The notes beneath the pieces are model-generated. The model did not search any database. It saw nothing but the letters and a program-made list of their open reading frames with translations, and was not told the origin of the DNA. A stretch of 64,000 bases of DNA. Origin: Bacteroidaceae bacterium (GTDB taxonomy: Bacteria; Bacteroidota; Bacteroidia; Bacteroidales; Bacteroidaceae). Positions 27,536 through 36,947 of this stretch are shown here, piece after piece. Made by a program: the position numbers and the translations under genes. The stretch lies in contig JAFRTJ010000052.1 of assembly GCA_017427185.1 (NCBI GenBank), positions 43,820-107,819 on the forward strand. Direction: 5' to 3'. Positions within the stretch are counted from its first letter, which is position 1, and each line of letters opens with the position of its first letter.

Positions 27536-28404
27536 TGCGCATTCACTTTTTGTATCTTTGTCTTGCATTTTGCTTGCCAGGTTTTGCTGCAGAAGTTGTC
27601 TATACCAAGGCAGATAGCCTTCGCGTTGTGGAATTGTTGAGCAAGGGAGCTGCTGTTCAGCAGGGAACCAATCTGCCTCTTTTTTATGCTCATCAGTTGG
27701 AGAACGTACCGTATGTGGCAGCAACGCTGGAGAAGAACAAGACGGAAAAGCTGGTAGTTAATCTTTATGAATTGGATTGCACGACACTTGTCGAGACTGT
27801 GGTGGCTTTAACCCTGACAACTGTACATGGTAGTCAGAAATGGTCAGATTACTTGGAATGGCTCGAGAAGGTGCGTTACAGGGGAGGACATCGTGATGGT
27901 TATGCAAGTCGCAATCATTATTTCAGCCAATGGATTGACAGTAATGAGGAATTGAAACTGGTTTGCGAGCAGCATGCAACTCCTTCAGGGAATTTTTTCC
28001 CATTTACGAAAACACAGAAGCTGGACCTTCATTATATGAGCCAACATCCTAATTCATATCCGATGCTGAAAGGTTCTGACGCTTTGCAGAAGGAGATCCG
28101 TTGTTATGAGGAAGCTTCTTCTGGCAAGGTCGTTCGTTATATTCCCAGTTCTTTGGTTGGGCGTGATAAGCAAACGCTAAAGTATGTCCAGGATGGCGAT
28201 ATCTTGGCGATTGTGACCAGTAAGGACGGATTAGACGTTTGCCATCTTGGATTAGCGGAATGGGGAAAGGATGGAAAACTGCATCTGTTCAACGCAAGCA
28301 GCATTCATAAGAAGGTTGTATATGAACCAATGACTTTGCAGCAATATATGTCACAACATCCAACTCAATTGGGTATTCGTGTCATCCGCATAAACGGTAA
28401 ATGA
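27532..28404 (+). CDS. DUF1460-family protein (putative N-acetylmuramoyl-L-alanine amidase-like)
   Basis: Signal peptide, then YELDCTTLVETV and SRNHYFSQWI, which are motifs typical of DUF1460. It overlaps the ampG stop by 4 nt. Confidence 0.7.
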   Translation: MMRIHFLYLCLAFCLPGFAAEVVYTKADSLRVVELLSKGAAVQQGTNLPLFYAHQLENVPYVAATLEKNKTEKLVVNLYELDCTTLVETVVALTLTTVHGSQKWSDYLEWLEKVRYRGGHRDGYASRNHYFSQWIDSNEELKLVCEQHATPSGNFFPFTKTQKLDLHYMSQHPNSYPMLKGSDALQKEIRCYEEASSGKVVRYIPSSLVGRDKQTLKYVQDGDILAIVTSKDGLDVCHLGLAEWGKDGKLHLFNASSIHKKVVYEPMTLQQYMSQHPTQLGIRVIRINGK

Positions 28405-28543
28405 GTATAGCAGAGTAAAGTTTTTTGTCTTCTTGTTTGATGTTTCAAGAATAATCTTTATTTTTGCTATCTCAAAACAACTCTTTGTTTGAGTTGGGTG
28501 AAACGTATACATTATATATTAATTATAGTAACAGGATTTGGGA

Positions 28544-29155
28544 ATGAAATCAATCAGTAGTTATCTTCTTCGTTCGCTTTGCACATTAATGGTGGGATTG
28601 TTATTGATTCTGAATCCAGATACCCCCACGCTTCTCATCCAGGTGATTGGTGCCTTGTTCGCCTTGTCTGGATTGTATGCAGTCCTCACGAATATCATAT
28701 CGCGTTTCAGTCGTAATGCGGAAATCCGTCCTTCGTTTCCTCTTGTAGGGATTGGATGCCTTTTGGCAGGTGTCATTTTGGGACTTTATCCTGAATATTT
28801 TCTTCAGGGTTTAATGTATCTTCTGGGTGCCTTGATACTCCTTTTGGGGATAGGCCAGTTGATAGCTGTTTTCCATTACCGCAGGTTAGCACCTCTCAAG
28901 TGGTCCGTTTTCGTGGTTCCTGTCCTGCTGATTCTTGCAGGAATCTTCGTTTTGGCGTATTATCACGAGGCTGCAGCCCTTCCCTTCACTATTCTGGGAG
29001 TATGCTGTATCTTCAATGGACTTTCGGATTTGTTCTATGGGTTGCGTCTCCGCCATTACGAGTCCTTGAACAAGAAGTTTACTGAATACGAGGAGGTTGT
29101 AGACGAAATAGAGGACGCTGAAGAAGTGGAAGAAGCAGAAGAAATAAAGTCTTGA
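28544..29155 (+). CDS. DUF308/HdeD-like membrane protein with acidic C-terminal tail
   Basis: Six hydrophobic segments. The tail is EYEEVVDEIEDAEEVEEAEEIKS. Confidence 0.6.
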   Translation: MKSISSYLLRSLCTLMVGLLLILNPDTPTLLIQVIGALFALSGLYAVLTNIISRFSRNAEIRPSFPLVGIGCLLAGVILGLYPEYFLQGLMYLLGALILLLGIGQLIAVFHYRRLAPLKWSVFVVPVLLILAGIFVLAYYHEAAALPFTILGVCCIFNGLSDLFYGLRLRHYESLNKKFTEYEEVVDEIEDAEEVEEAEEIKS

Positions 29156-29889
29156 TGCGTATGAGATTGAGAAGTGATTTGTTGATTATATTTCTGTTGA
29201 GCCTGATGCCTGCATGGGGCCAGCGAATCATGTCTTACAACATCCAGCATGGTCATGGAATGGATGACCAGGTAAATCTGGAGCGTACAGCAGAGCTGAT
29301 TCGTTCTGAGAATCTGGATATTGTAGCCCTTCAGGAGTTGGACAGTTGCTGCAAGAGAACGGAGTTTGTGGACCAGCCGAATGAACTGGCTCGACTGACA
29401 GGGATGTATATGACGTTTGCTCCTGCCATCGACTTCCAGGGAGGACGCTATGGAGTGGGAATCCTCAGCAGAGAAAAGCCCCTCTCCGTTCGACGCATTC
29501 CTTTGCCAGGCAAGGGAGAAGCTCGCGTGTTGCTGATCATCGAACTGAAGCAATATGTGATGGCTTGCACTCATTTGGCTCTCACAGAAGCAGACCGTAT
29601 GGCATCCATTCCTCTTATAACTGAGGCTGCCAGTTCTTACAGTAAACCTTTCCTTTTGGCGGGCGACTGGAACGATTCTCCTCAAAGCGATTTCATTCAG
29701 GCGATGGCGCAGCATTTCACTCTGCTTTCAGGCGTCGATATGTTGACCTTCCCTTCAGATACTCCCAAGGAGTGCATCGACTATATTGGTCTATATCAAT
29801 CCTCGCATCATCATTTGCAGTTGCAGGAACGTGCCGTTATCCATACTCAAAACTCTGATCATTTGCCCATAGAGATAGAAATTAGGTGA
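29152..29889 (+). CDS. endonuclease/exonuclease/phosphatase (EEP) family protein, secreted
   Basis: Signal peptide, then SYNIQHG...ALQELD...GDWN...SDHLP, which are EEP motifs. Confidence 0.85.
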   Translation: MMRMRLRSDLLIIFLLSLMPAWGQRIMSYNIQHGHGMDDQVNLERTAELIRSENLDIVALQELDSCCKRTEFVDQPNELARLTGMYMTFAPAIDFQGGRYGVGILSREKPLSVRRIPLPGKGEARVLLIIELKQYVMACTHLALTEADRMASIPLITEAASSYSKPFLLAGDWNDSPQSDFIQAMAQHFTLLSGVDMLTFPSDTPKECIDYIGLYQSSHHHLQLQERAVIHTQNSDHLPIEIEIR

Positions 29890-29988
29890 AGCCACCATTG
29901 ACTGTTTCCCTTCCAGAGACAAAAAGTTCGTTAAAATGATGGCGGAATGGAATGTTTTGTCTAACTTTACCACAAATAAAAAGATATT

Positions 29989-30489
29989 ATGGCAAGTTAT
30001 TGGACCAGAAAGGACGATCAGTCAGGTGAATTGTCGACTGTGAAGCCTTGGGAGGAAGTCCTGGGGCATGGCGATCGTACAGTTCCTCACATGCGTTATC
30101 ATGTGGTGTGTGGTGTGATAGAACAGAATGGTCGTTTCCTTTGCATGCAGAAGGGGCAGACCAAGTATGTCTATACGACAGGCAAGTGGGAATTCCCAGG
30201 TGGTAAGGTGGAGTTGGGCGAGAGTCCAGAGCGTGCTTTGCATCGTGAATTGCTGGAAGAGATGGACTATGAAGTCAGGGTTGGCGATTTCTTGGGCGAG
30301 GTGACGCATACGTATCCAGATTTCACCATCAGCATGCAAGCTTTCCGTTGCTCAGCTGTTTCTCCTGAGTTCCAATGCAAGGAGCATCAGTCTTTCCGTT
30401 GGTGCAGCCTCGAGGAAATGGACGATTTGGACTGGTGTGAGGCAGATAAGGCTATCGTTGGGATGTTAAAGAGCGTATGTCATGTTTAG
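29989..30489 (+). CDS. NUDIX hydrolase (MutT-like)
   Basis: Nudix box GKWEFPGGKVELGESPERALHRELLEEMDY. Confidence 0.88.
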   Translation: MASYWTRKDDQSGELSTVKPWEEVLGHGDRTVPHMRYHVVCGVIEQNGRFLCMQKGQTKYVYTTGKWEFPGGKVELGESPERALHRELLEEMDYEVRVGDFLGEVTHTYPDFTISMQAFRCSAVSPEFQCKEHQSFRWCSLEEMDDLDWCEADKAIVGMLKSVCHV

Positions 30490-30721
30490 AAACAGGCTTT
30501 TGAAACTTGTCAATGCTGTTTTGGCTCTTTTGTTAGTCTTGTTGGGGCTGGAGTCATGCCATCATAAGACCTATGGAGTGAACAATCCGCAGAAGGATGC
30601 CATCCGTGGTCGTGAGAAAGTCATGAGGCTCATGTATGGTGTCTCTCCTGTCCGTTATCAGCGTCAGGCAGAGTTCCGCCAGCCTGAGGCAGAACGTATC
30701 ATGCAGGAAGTGGTCAAGTAA
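30482..30721 (+). CDS. small lipoprotein, hypothetical
   Basis: Lipobox LLGLESC, 79 aa. It overlaps the NUDIX stop. Confidence 0.55.
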   Translation: MFRNRLLKLVNAVLALLLVLLGLESCHHKTYGVNNPQKDAIRGREKVMRLMYGVSPVRYQRQAEFRQPEAERIMQEVVK

Positions 30722-30748
30722 GATTTTTCTTCCTTTTCTTTGCCTTCC

Positions 30749-31321
30749 CTATTTCTCTCCCATTCCTGCTTGGAACTCGTTCAGCATTTTCATTTTGTCC
30801 ATCAGGTCCTTTGCGTCGTATTTTCGTTGGATAACCAGAATGTCAGGGTCAAAATAGACGATGAGTCGACCTACCTCTGGGTTCTCAGAATGGATTTTTG
30901 CGCGATAAGTGTGAAAGGCTCTGAAGCCAATGAATTTGCGTGGAGCCTGAAGGAATTGGATCAGCTCAACTGATTCCTTTTGGATGGTGGCTGACAGACT
31001 TTCCATCTTGTCCGTCATTTTTGTGATTTCCTTCTTGTTAACCTTCGTGCGAAGCAGACTGTCCAATTGTGCATGGAGGGCAGCCATCTCGTTCTTGTCG
31101 CTCTGAATCTTTTCCACCTTGTCCATCAGCTCAGGACTGTCCAGCGGAGCAAATGCGCTGTCCAGGTGAGTTCCTCGAGATTCGTAACTTTCTGGGTCGT
31201 AGAGGGTTGGCTTTACTGCTTCTTCCAGCATTTCTTCAGCGCGGCTCTTTGATGTTTGCGAGCAAGCACTCAAAACCAATATTGCCACAACCAATGCGAT
31301 AGAATATCTTCTATGTTTCAT
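30749..31321 (-). CDS. hypothetical lipoprotein
   Basis: MKHRRYSIALVVAILVLSAC contains a lipobox, and the body is helical. Confidence 0.6.
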   Translation of the reverse strand: MKHRRYSIALVVAILVLSACSQTSKSRAEEMLEEAVKPTLYDPESYESRGTHLDSAFAPLDSPELMDKVEKIQSDKNEMAALHAQLDSLLRTKVNKKEITKMTDKMESLSATIQKESVELIQFLQAPRKFIGFRAFHTYRAKIHSENPEVGRLIVYFDPDILVIQRKYDAKDLMDKMKMLNEFQAGMGEK

Positions 31322-31473
31322 AATGCACATTAAATCCTGTTATTGTGAAGCAAAGATATGAAAAAACGTTGAGCAAGACCTCGCTTTTAGGCAAACTTTT
31401 TGCATTTGGTGGAAAAAAGTTTTTATCTTTGCGTTGTGATAATGGCATTGAGCAGACGAAACCATATAAGAAA

Positions 31474-32109
31474 ATGACGACAATGAAGAAATCTCTCTCC
31501 CTTTTGCTTTCCGCAATGCTTCTCCTGGGTTCATGCTCTTATTCTCAATATTCAGGTTTGATGGCTGGAGCATCGGCTGGTTCCCTTGTGGGACGAAGTG
31601 TTGGCATGCTCAAAGGTGGACCACGTGGTTACGACAGGGGTACTGTTATCGGCATTCTGGCTGGTGCAGCTGCTGGAGCAGCCATCACGAATGCCATCGA
31701 GAACCGTAATCGCAAGTCTTTTGCTGGCGAGGGCATGCCTTCGTATTCTCGCGAGTCTCTTCCGTTGAAAGTCCAGAACGTGTCGTTCCGCAATGAGCAA
31801 GGCAAGAAGACCAGCACGCTCCATCGCAACGAGGAGTGTATTCTCTACTTCGAGCTGAAGAACGTGTCAAGGAATGATCTTTATTCTGTCGAGCCAGCCA
31901 TCTACGAGGCCAGCAACAACCAGCAGATTGGTTTCTCTCCCTCTACTTGTCTGGAATATGTTGGAGCAGGTCAGGTGATTCGCTACAGTGCTGTGGTGAA
32001 GGGCATGAGCCGCTTGAGGAATGGGACGGCTCAACTCGTAATCTCTGCCTCAGTGGATGGAAGCAATTTCGTGGATTTGACAGACCTGACCGTAGCCACA
32101 CGGAAATGA
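31474..32109 (+). CDS. glycine-zipper lipoprotein with C-terminal beta-rich domain
   Basis: The lipobox LLLGSC is followed by a Gly/Ala zipper (GLMAGASAGSLVG...GILAGAAAGAAI). A TAtcTTTG box lies at about 31424-31431. Confidence 0.65.
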   Translation: MTTMKKSLSLLLSAMLLLGSCSYSQYSGLMAGASAGSLVGRSVGMLKGGPRGYDRGTVIGILAGAAAGAAITNAIENRNRKSFAGEGMPSYSRESLPLKVQNVSFRNEQGKKTSTLHRNEECILYFELKNVSRNDLYSVEPAIYEASNNQQIGFSPSTCLEYVGAGQVIRYSAVVKGMSRLRNGTAQLVISASVDGSNFVDLTDLTVATRK

Positions 32110-32198
32110 GGTTTTCCTGTAAGATAATTCTGAAAAAAAGTGGAGTGTATTTGATTTTTCCTTAATTTTGTACTCAAAAGAAAAACGTCTCTTAGCGT

Positions 32199-32705
32199 AT
32201 GGCAAACTATATTACAAGCAGTTTGGAAGAAGGCGAGCACATCGTGTTGAATGGCCGCCTCCATTGGGTTTCTATTTGTGAATACATCTTTTCCAGCATC
32301 TTCCTGTTCCTTTTGGGCATAGGTTTCGTTGTGGCGGGAGTCATGGTCCCCAATCCTCTTTTCTACATCGCAGCTGGAGTGTCTGTCTTGGTTGCTCTCA
32401 TCGTCTATCTGGTGGGTCGCCTGATTCGCACGCGCACAGAGTTTGCTGTCACCACAGACCGCTTCATTCAGAAAGAGGGAATCCTCAACGTGAAGATGAC
32501 AGAGATTCCTCTCTACAAGATCGAGACGGTCAATTTCTATCAGTCCTTCTGGCAGCGCATGTTGGGCACAGGTTGCATCGAGATGGTTGGATCAGGCGGA
32601 ACTTCCCATCAGATTCATCGCATCGAGCATCCTATGGAGGTGCGCAAGACCATCGTTTCTGCCATCAACAAGCAGGACTCCAAGCTTCAGGTGCAGGAAA
32701 CCTAA
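32199..32705 (+). CDS. bacterial PH-domain (bPH_2/YdbT-like) membrane protein
   Basis: Two TM helices, then the region FAVTTDRFIQKEGILNVKMTEIPLYKIETV. Confidence 0.7.
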   Translation: MANYITSSLEEGEHIVLNGRLHWVSICEYIFSSIFLFLLGIGFVVAGVMVPNPLFYIAAGVSVLVALIVYLVGRLIRTRTEFAVTTDRFIQKEGILNVKMTEIPLYKIETVNFYQSFWQRMLGTGCIEMVGSGGTSHQIHRIEHPMEVRKTIVSAINKQDSKLQVQET

Positions 32706-32726
32706 GGGTAGAGTAGGGGGAGCCCC

Positions 32727-33842
32727 TTATTTCAGTTTCACCACTTTTCCCGTTGCTGCACTTTTGCGTGCAGCATCCAGAATCTCCACTACGAGCATGT
32801 TGTTCTCCAGCGAGCTCAGATCGTAGTGGGGCAGTTTGTGTTCTCCTCTTACAGTAGCCTTCAGGAAACGGAAGGAATCGTTGATGGGTGCGTTCAAGCG
32901 GGGTGCCTCGAAAGGTCCTGAGTTCTTGCGGTCGATGAAGGTTTCCATTTGTGTGGGAGTCTTTTGGAAGATGCTTCCCTTGGAGCCGTAGACATACATG
33001 TCCTTGCGTCCCTGAGGCCAGCACCACGAAGCCATGATTTGGACGGTCGTACTGGGATATTCTACCACGATGGTTGCATCGTCGTCCACCTTGGGGTAGA
33101 TGCTGGGCTTGTGCTGTTTCGTTACGCAATAGACGCTCTTGGGCCTCTCCCCATGCATCAGCCAAGTGGCAAGATTCGCGCCATAGCAGCCAAAGTCGAT
33201 GATTGCCCCGCCTCCGTTCTGGATGGGGTCAGTAAGCCATTCCAGGAACATGCTGCTGCATCCGATTTCCTTGGGCCCCTCGTGTCCGTCATAGATGTTG
33301 ATGCGTACCAGGTCGCCTATCTTCCCCTCTTGGATGAGTTGGTAGGCATATTGGTTGGTGCTGTACCACGTCGTCTCGTAGTTTGTCAGCACCATGATTC
33401 CATGTTCCTCTGCCATTTTCTGGATGTGCTTGGCAGCTTTGGGGGTAGTGGCAAGCGGCTTCTCCACCATCACATGGATATGGCGGGGAGCACATGCCTC
33501 CACCACTCTCTCGTGCTCCAGGATCGATCCATAGGCCACCACGACTTCAGGTTTTGTGGCATCGAGCATCTCGCCCAAGTCCTTGTAGAAAAGCGATGCG
33601 TCCACCTTGCCCACCAGATCGTTGTGCTGTCGATACGTGTCGTTGGGCTCAGCGACACCCACTACCTGGAAGTCTCCTCGTCCGATGCGTCGTGCCACTT
33701 CGCCCAGATGGCCGTGAGTCACTCCTGCCACACCCAGACGTAGGGGAGCATCCTGAGCATACGAATGGATAGAGATCAGGCACAGCACGATGCAGAGCAG
33801 CATCCTGCAGCTGGATTTCAGAAAATGGAGATGAGACGTCAT
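32727..33842 (-). CDS. Gfo/Idh/MocA-family oxidoreductase, secreted
   Basis: Signal peptide, then the Rossmann region LRLGVAGVTHGH. The start is set at the internal ATG at 33840-33842. Confidence 0.85.
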   Translation of the reverse strand: MTSHLHFLKSSCRMLLCIVLCLISIHSYAQDAPLRLGVAGVTHGHLGEVARRIGRGDFQVVGVAEPNDTYRQHNDLVGKVDASLFYKDLGEMLDATKPEVVVAYGSILEHERVVEACAPRHIHVMVEKPLATTPKAAKHIQKMAEEHGIMVLTNYETTWYSTNQYAYQLIQEGKIGDLVRINIYDGHEGPKEIGCSSMFLEWLTDPIQNGGGAIIDFGCYGANLATWLMHGERPKSVYCVTKQHKPSIYPKVDDDATIVVEYPSTTVQIMASWCWPQGRKDMYVYGSKGSIFQKTPTQMETFIDRKNSGPFEAPRLNAPINDSFRFLKATVRGEHKLPHYDLSSLENNMLVVEILDAARKSAATGKVVKLK

Positions 33843-34062
33843 AGTGAATCGTTTTTTAGGTTTTCGATGGTGTAAATTTATGAAAAAGAATCCGTTTCCC
33901 ATCGTTTTTTGAGGAAAAAAGAGTAAATTTGCATTCAGTAACCTGCTTTTCTGAGAAAATGAAACTCACTTCAGAACTACGGATTTCGTTTGTTGCCCTT
34001 TTGGACAGTTTGACAACATACCCTTTGAATGAGAACAAAACAACCATGTAACAATATATAAT

Positions 34063-35550
34063 ATGGAAAAGTGTGTCTTAGCCCTCGACCAGGGAACCAG
34101 CAGTTCGCGATCCATCCTTTTCAACCAGAAGGGAGACATCTGTGCTGTGGCGCAAAGAGAGTTTACCCAGTATTTCCCCACCCCAGGTTGGGTGGAGCAC
34201 GATCCACAGGAGATATGGTCTTCCCAGCGCGATGTGATGCTCGAGGCGCTCAGGCAGGTGGGGAGCGACGGAGGTGATATCGTTGCCCTGGGTATCACCA
34301 ACCAGCGGGAGACTACCATCGTGTGGGATGCCACAACGGGCGAGCCTGTGTATAACGCCATCGTATGGCAGGATCGTCGCACCTGCGAGTATTGCGACAG
34401 TTTGAAGGAGGCTGGACTGGTCGAAGACATCCGCCAGCGGACAGGCCTGATTGTTGATGCCTATTTCAGCGCCACCAAGATACGCTGGATACTGGAGAAT
34501 GTCCCTGGAGTCCGCGAGCGGGCAGAGCGTGGGGAACTGCGTTTTGGGACGGTCGATTCCTGGCTCGTGTGGAAACTGACGGGTGGCAAGGTCCATGTGA
34601 CTGATGTCAGCAATGCCAGTCGCACGATGCTTTTCAATATCAACACCCTGCAGTGGGACGACTCCCTGCTTCAGCTCCTGGGCATACCCCTTTCCATGAT
34701 GCCTCAGGTCTGCTCCAGCAGCCAGGTGTACGGCTATACCCAACTGCCTGAATTGCGCCACCAGATTGTCATCGCTGGCATTGCAGGCGATCAGCAGGCA
34801 GCCCTTTTTGGGCAGATGTGTGTGGCTCCAGGGTCTGTAAAGAACACTTATGGAACTGGTTGCTTCCTTCTGATGAACACAGGGGAGCATCCCATCCTCT
34901 CCCAGAACAGCTTGCTGACGACCGTTGCCTGGAAGATAGGCGACACGGTCAACTATGCCCTCGAGGGCAGCATCTTTGTGGGCGGTAGTGTCGTGCAATG
35001 GCTCAGGGACGGGTTGGGCATCATCAAGTCTTCCAGCGACATCGAGACTCTGGCAGCTACCGTTCCAGACAATGGCGGCATCTATTTCGTTCCAGCCTTG
35101 ACGGGCATGGGAGCACCTTATTGGGATCCCTATGCCAAAGGCTCCATCAACGGCATCACTCGAGGTACCACCGCCGGCCACATAGCGCGAGCCGCTCTCG
35201 AAGGCATCGCTTTCCAGACGATGGATATCGTGCGGGCTATGGAGCGCGACGCAGCCATCTCCCTGAGCGAACTGAAGGTCGATGGTGGAGCATCGTGCGA
35301 CAACCTGCTGATGCAGTTCCAGTCCGACATCCTGGGCACTACCGTCATCCGTCCCAAGATAACGGAGACGACAGCCAAGGGAGCCAGCTATCTGGCAGGT
35401 CTTGCCGTGGGGTACTGGAGCTCGCTCAACGATATCCGCCAGCAATGGCAGGCTGAGCGCGTCTTCACTCCCCAAGCCAACGCAGAAGAGGTGGCCAGGC
35501 TCCAGGCTGGTTGGAAAGACGCCATCGAGAGGACAATCCGACAGAATTAA
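34063..35550 (+). CDS. glpK: glycerol kinase
   Basis: [10 protein letters not shown]...GITNQRETT... is canonical FGGY/GlpK sequence. Confidence 0.96.
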   Translation: MEKCVLALDQGTSSSRSILFNQKGDICAVAQREFTQYFPTPGWVEHDPQEIWSSQRDVMLEALRQVGSDGGDIVALGITNQRETTIVWDATTGEPVYNAIVWQDRRTCEYCDSLKEAGLVEDIRQRTGLIVDAYFSATKIRWILENVPGVRERAERGELRFGTVDSWLVWKLTGGKVHVTDVSNASRTMLFNINTLQWDDSLLQLLGIPLSMMPQVCSSSQVYGYTQLPELRHQIVIAGIAGDQQAALFGQMCVAPGSVKNTYGTGCFLLMNTGEHPILSQNSLLTTVAWKIGDTVNYALEGSIFVGGSVVQWLRDGLGIIKSSSDIETLAATVPDNGGIYFVPALTGMGAPYWDPYAKGSINGITRGTTAGHIARAALEGIAFQTMDIVRAMERDAAISLSELKVDGGASCDNLLMQFQSDILGTTVIRPKITETTAKGASYLAGLAVGYWSSLNDIRQQWQAERVFTPQANAEEVARLQAGWKDAIERTIRQN

Positions 35551-35571
35551 CCATAAAAATTTCGAATACAA

Positions 35572-36324
35572 ATGGAAACAACATTATTTCAGCAATGTGT
35601 TTTTGAGTTCCTTGGCACTATGGTACTGGTGCTGATGGGAGATGGAGTGTGTGCAGCCACTACGCTCAACAAGTCCAAGGCAAAGGGCGGCGGTTGGGTC
35701 GTCGTTTCTTTCGCATGGGGTTTCGCTGTCATGTGCGGCGTCTTTATCGCAGGTCCCTACAGCGGTGCCCATCTGAACCCAGCCGTCAGTGTCGGCCTCG
35801 CTATGGCAGGCACTTTCCCTTGGGCATCCGTCGTCCCCTATGTCTGTGCCCAGTTGGCAGGTGGATTTCTGGGAGCCGTCCTCGTTTGGGCCTTCTACAA
35901 GTACCATTTCGATGCCACGCAGGACAACCCTGATGGTATGCTGGGATGCTTCTGCACCATGCCAGCGATCGACAAGCGAGGCAACAACCTCCTCAGCGAA
36001 GTCATCGCCACCTTCGTGCTCGTGTTCATTATCCTCGCTTTGGGAACTGATGGAAACATGGGTCACGCAGGCGATACACCCGTTGGGATGGGCAGCCTTG
36101 GCGCCTTCCCCGTCACCTGTCTCATCATAGCCCTGGGCATGTCCCTAGGAGGTACCACAGGCTACGCCATGAATCCTGCCCGCGACCTTCCGCCTCGTAT
36201 CGCCCATGCCCTTCTGCCCATCAAAGGCAAGCGCGACAGTGGCTGGTCCTATAGTTGGGTGCCTGTCGTTGGTCCGGTCCTTGGAGCCATCATAGCCGCC
36301 GCATTGTATCTTTTGGTCTATTGA
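35572..36324 (+). CDS. glpF: aquaglyceroporin (glycerol uptake facilitator)
   Basis: Two NPA boxes (HLNPAVS, AMNPARD), MIP family. Confidence 0.93.
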   Translation: METTLFQQCVFEFLGTMVLVLMGDGVCAATTLNKSKAKGGGWVVVSFAWGFAVMCGVFIAGPYSGAHLNPAVSVGLAMAGTFPWASVVPYVCAQLAGGFLGAVLVWAFYKYHFDATQDNPDGMLGCFCTMPAIDKRGNNLLSEVIATFVLVFIILALGTDGNMGHAGDTPVGMGSLGAFPVTCLIIALGMSLGGTTGYAMNPARDLPPRIAHALLPIKGKRDSGWSYSWVPVVGPVLGAIIAAALYLLVY

Positions 36325-36348
36325 GGGTTAGCGGTCTTCCATTTAGCC

Positions 36349-36390
36349 ATTTCTTGCGCTCCACTAGACTTAGGTGCAGGCGGAGTCCCA
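36349..36390 (+). repeat. copy 1 of the ATTTCTTGCGCTCC...GCAGGCGGAGTCCCA element
   Basis: It shares both conserved ends with the two copies at 58593 and 58722. It begins 25 nt after the glpF stop. Confidence 0.85.
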
Positions 36391-36403
36391 TTTAAGCGGT
36401 CTT

Positions 36404-36450
36404 CGTCATCGTCATCGTTATCGTCATCGTCATCGTCGATTCCTCGTCGT
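36404..36450. repeat. degenerate CGTCAT hexamer tract
   Basis: The tract reads cgtcat cgtcat cgttat cgtcat cgtcat cgtcga ttcctcgtcgt. A related tract lies at 48276-48329. Confidence 0.85.
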
Positions 36451-36525
36451 GCAATATTTCAATTTCTCTTTCTCTGAGTACTCTGGCTTTTTTCGATTAC
36501 TCAGAGTTCGTTGAATCCGCTGATA

Positions 36526-36601
36526 CAACGTGTTCGATTGAGTGTTTCAACGTGTTCGATCGAGTGTTTCAACGTGTTGATTCCGGACTTTCAACGTGTT
36601 G
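36526..36601 (+). repeat. four direct CAACGTGTT(C/G) cores at exact 22-bp spacing
   Basis: Cores at 36526, 36548, 36570 and 36592. The unit is about TTTCAACGTGTTSGATYSRGTG. Confidence 0.9.
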
Positions 36602-36623
36602 TCTTCCTCATTCTAACATGATG

Positions 36624-36631
36624 CAAAGTTA
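36624..36631 (-). promoter_or_regulatory. orphan promoter module (minus-strand TAacTTTG plus conserved upstream block)
   Basis: About 55 nt (36620-36676) are roughly 75% identical by eye to the promoter block at 44801-44858 that drives the 1135-aa GH gene. A second TAacTTTG is at 36702-36709. No minus-strand ORF follows. Confidence 0.45.
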
Positions 36632-36903
36632 CGTTTAAGCGAGCGCGATACAATAAAACTCCTTTTAATTGTATGGTCGAGCGGTAGTACCTTCGCGACA
36701 GCAAAGTTACGAAGAACTGATGAGGTGCTGTCGTGGTTTGGCGCGATTTGGCGTGATTTGTCTTTTTTGTTGATGGAATTATTTGGAAGGCAAGCCATTT
36801 CACTGCCTTGTTGTTAAAATCAGGTTGTGAATGTATGGACAAATCAAGAAAAAGAAAAGACAGAAAAAACAGGTTTTCCTTTTGCATTTCCTTCGCTTAT
36901 TCG

Positions 36904-36911
36904 TACCTTTG
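36904..36911 (+). promoter_or_regulatory. -7 box (TAccTTTG) for the GH20 gene
   Basis: Exact match 37 nt upstream of the ATG at 36948. Confidence 0.55.
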
Positions 36912-36947
36912 TAACCTGAAAAAGAAAACACGAAATACCACATAGAC

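Noticed and set aside
32700-32735. GGGG-GAG-CCCC mini-hairpin between the convergent PH-domain and Gfo/Idh/MocA genes, as a bidirectional terminator
   Set aside because: The stem is only 4 bp with a 3-nt loop and a weak T tract, which is too weak to call.
34078-35571. 497-aa ORF antisense to the whole of glpK. Similar long antisense ORFs occur at 187-1386, 1402-2808, 11920-12981, 40195-41322, 43357-44694, 48379-49887, 51030-52349, 52560-53747, 53775-54701, 56910-58643, 58885-60171 and 60410-61129.
   Set aside because: These are shadow ORFs. Each lies opposite a gene with clear family motifs, and GC3-rich coding sequence suppresses stop codons on the antisense strand. Their translations are low-complexity (Gly/Ala/Val/Leu/His/Asp-rich) with no recognisable motifs.
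36404-36450. CGTCAT tracts as coding for poly-Asp peptides on the minus strand (GACGATGAC...)
   Set aside because: There is no start codon or sustained open frame. The tracts are flanked by stop-rich repeats, and the 48.3-kb copy lies largely outside the neighbouring ORF.
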